NCBI GenBank assembly: GCA_017464025.1
Contig: JAFUEI010000024.1
Span: 13,070-77,069, forward strand
DNA: 64,000 bases
DNA from: Paludibacteraceae bacterium
GTDB lineage: Bacteria; Bacteroidota; Bacteroidia; Bacteroidales; Paludibacteraceae
Direction of reading: 5' to 3'
A program made the translations under genes and the position numbers. The stretch's first letter is position 1. Each line of letters begins with the position of its first letter. The notes under the pieces were generated by a model. The model ran no database searches. It was given only the letters and a program-made list of their open reading frames with translations, and was not told where the DNA came from. Shown in pieces: positions 63,045 through 64,000 of the stretch.

Positions 63045-63162
63045 ATGGTCAAAAAAAAATAAGTGGTTCCGTCAAGAATATTGCATTCTTATCAAAGTAT
63101 AACCAAGTAAGTATCGTTTTATTTTGTTGCCATGCAAAATATGAAAATGAGTAAATATTGAA

Positions 63163-63495
63163 ATGTATAAATGCCTCGTCATATTATCCGTCTTTGCTGC
63201 TGCGTGTGCGCAGATGCTGCTGAAGCAAGGAGCACGGCAGAACTATGCCGGCTTCTGGCGCCAATACCTCAATCCGTGGGTCATTGGCGGTTATGCCATC
63301 ATGGCTTGCAGCCTCGTGCTTAATATCTTCTGCATGAGCCGAGGTGTACAAATCAAAGAGGCAAGTACTATTGAATCATTAAGTTACCTCTTTGTGCCGT
63401 TTATGGCATTAATCCTGTTCCGTGAACGCATCACCTTGCGCAAAGCCGGAGCAATAGCAATTATAATAACCGGAGTAATATTATTTTTCTTGTAA
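63163..63495 (+). CDS. SMR/EamA-like 4-TM protein (second ArnE/ArnF-like flippase subunit)
   Basis: 110 aa with 4 TM segments (…LSYLFVPFMALILFRERITLRKAGAIAIIITGVILF). It is a paralog-like partner of the 61046 gene. Confidence 0.65.
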   Translation: MYKCLVILSVFAAACAQMLLKQGARQNYAGFWRQYLNPWVIGGYAIMACSLVLNIFCMSRGVQIKEASTIESLSYLFVPFMALILFRERITLRKAGAIAIIITGVILFFL

Positions 63496-63497
63496 AT

Positions 63498-64000
63498 ATG
63501 AATACAAAATTAGTTAAATTTCTTTTCTATGGCTTATCTGCCATCTTAACTGGAGTTCTTGCCTTCTTCATCATCTTCAATGCCGGTTGGATCACTGGCG
63601 ATGATGCTATTGTTATTTCGCACACTGGATGGGGACACTTCTTCAATCCCGCAGATACAATAACACCATCTGCTGGTCGATTCTATCCTTTGGCATATAT
63701 CATCTACAATATTTTGCCAATATTCCAATTATATTCGGTCAATGCACATTTCGGACTACACATGCTTACATTCATTCTGTTCTGTGTAGTATCGTTATGG
63801 ATCTGTTATAAAGCTGTAAATACCAAGCAACTGACTTGGCAAGATGCAGTATTGGTATTCTCCGCTGCCGTTGTTTGTGTAACTCGTGCGTACAACAATT
63901 TTTTATATGCGTATTCTACCATTTGGGTGGATTACACGCTTGTGATGGTATGGGTTTTATGTTGCTGCTACGTACATAAGAACCAATCACTAATCGCAAT
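63498..64000 (+). CDS. Polytopic membrane protein (putative GT-C-type glycosyltransferase), 3' end outside window
   Basis: ATG lies 2 nt after the previous stop, and the frame stays open to the window end. Translation: MNTKLVKFLFYGLSAILTGVLAFFIIFNAGWITGDDAIV... It is absent from the ORF track because no stop codon lies within the window. Confidence 0.55.
   Translation, partial: MNTKLVKFLFYGLSAILTGVLAFFIIFNAGWITGDDAIVISHTGWGHFFNPADTITPSAGRFYPLAYIIYNILPIFQLYSVNAHFGLHMLTFILFCVVSLWICYKAVNTKQLTWQDAVLVFSAAVVCVTRAYNNFLYAYSTIWVDYTLVMVWVLCCCYVHKNQSLIA

Overview
GC-rich Bacteroidales-type chromosome segment. This is judged from SusC/SusD genes, T9SS C-terminal sorting domains, TAnnTTTG promoters and an absence of Shine-Dalgarno sites. 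54 of the 57 called genes are on the + strand. Contents in order: (1) the tail of an M16 peptidase. (2) A SusC/SusD locus that carries peptidases rather than glycosidases: a Big_2 lipoprotein, a C10 cysteine peptidase and an M6-like metallopeptidase. A small AT-rich islet with an orphan STAS-like DUF4325 gene interrupts it. (3) The dcw cluster mraZ-rsmH-ftsL-ftsI-murE-mraY-murD-ftsW-murG, which stops after murG. (4) At that breakpoint, a four-helix-bundle (23S-rRNA-IVS/Avd family) gene bounded by a perfect 21-bp inverted repeat, then a T9SS cargo protein of unknown function and tiny AT-rich ORFs. (5) mlaEF-like ABC genes followed directly by a tandem array of three more M6-like T9SS proteases, preceded by a stand-alone copy of their N-terminal module. 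(6) xth. (7) A tightly coupled LPS-core block: lptB, Kelch lipoprotein, Wzi-like protein, DUF4254, GT9, LPS kinase, TagF-like transferase and O-antigen ligase. (8) A sigma-54 activator, lptE and secG, then DPP-III, an EPSP-synthase-like gene with an 11-nt x3 repeat, a GT2, a PUR-like gene, nusB, yajC, ybbR-like, a DegT aminotransferase, rpoN and a PAP2 phosphatase. (9) A promoter-proximal, strongly structured non-coding region. (10) An AT-rich Arn/Gtr-like periplasmic glycan-modification island, whose SMR flippase pair is split by a hairpin-bracketed ATPase-nuclease gene. No rRNA, tRNA, CRISPR array, integrase or transposase was recognised. All functional calls come from reading motifs by eye; no searches were run.
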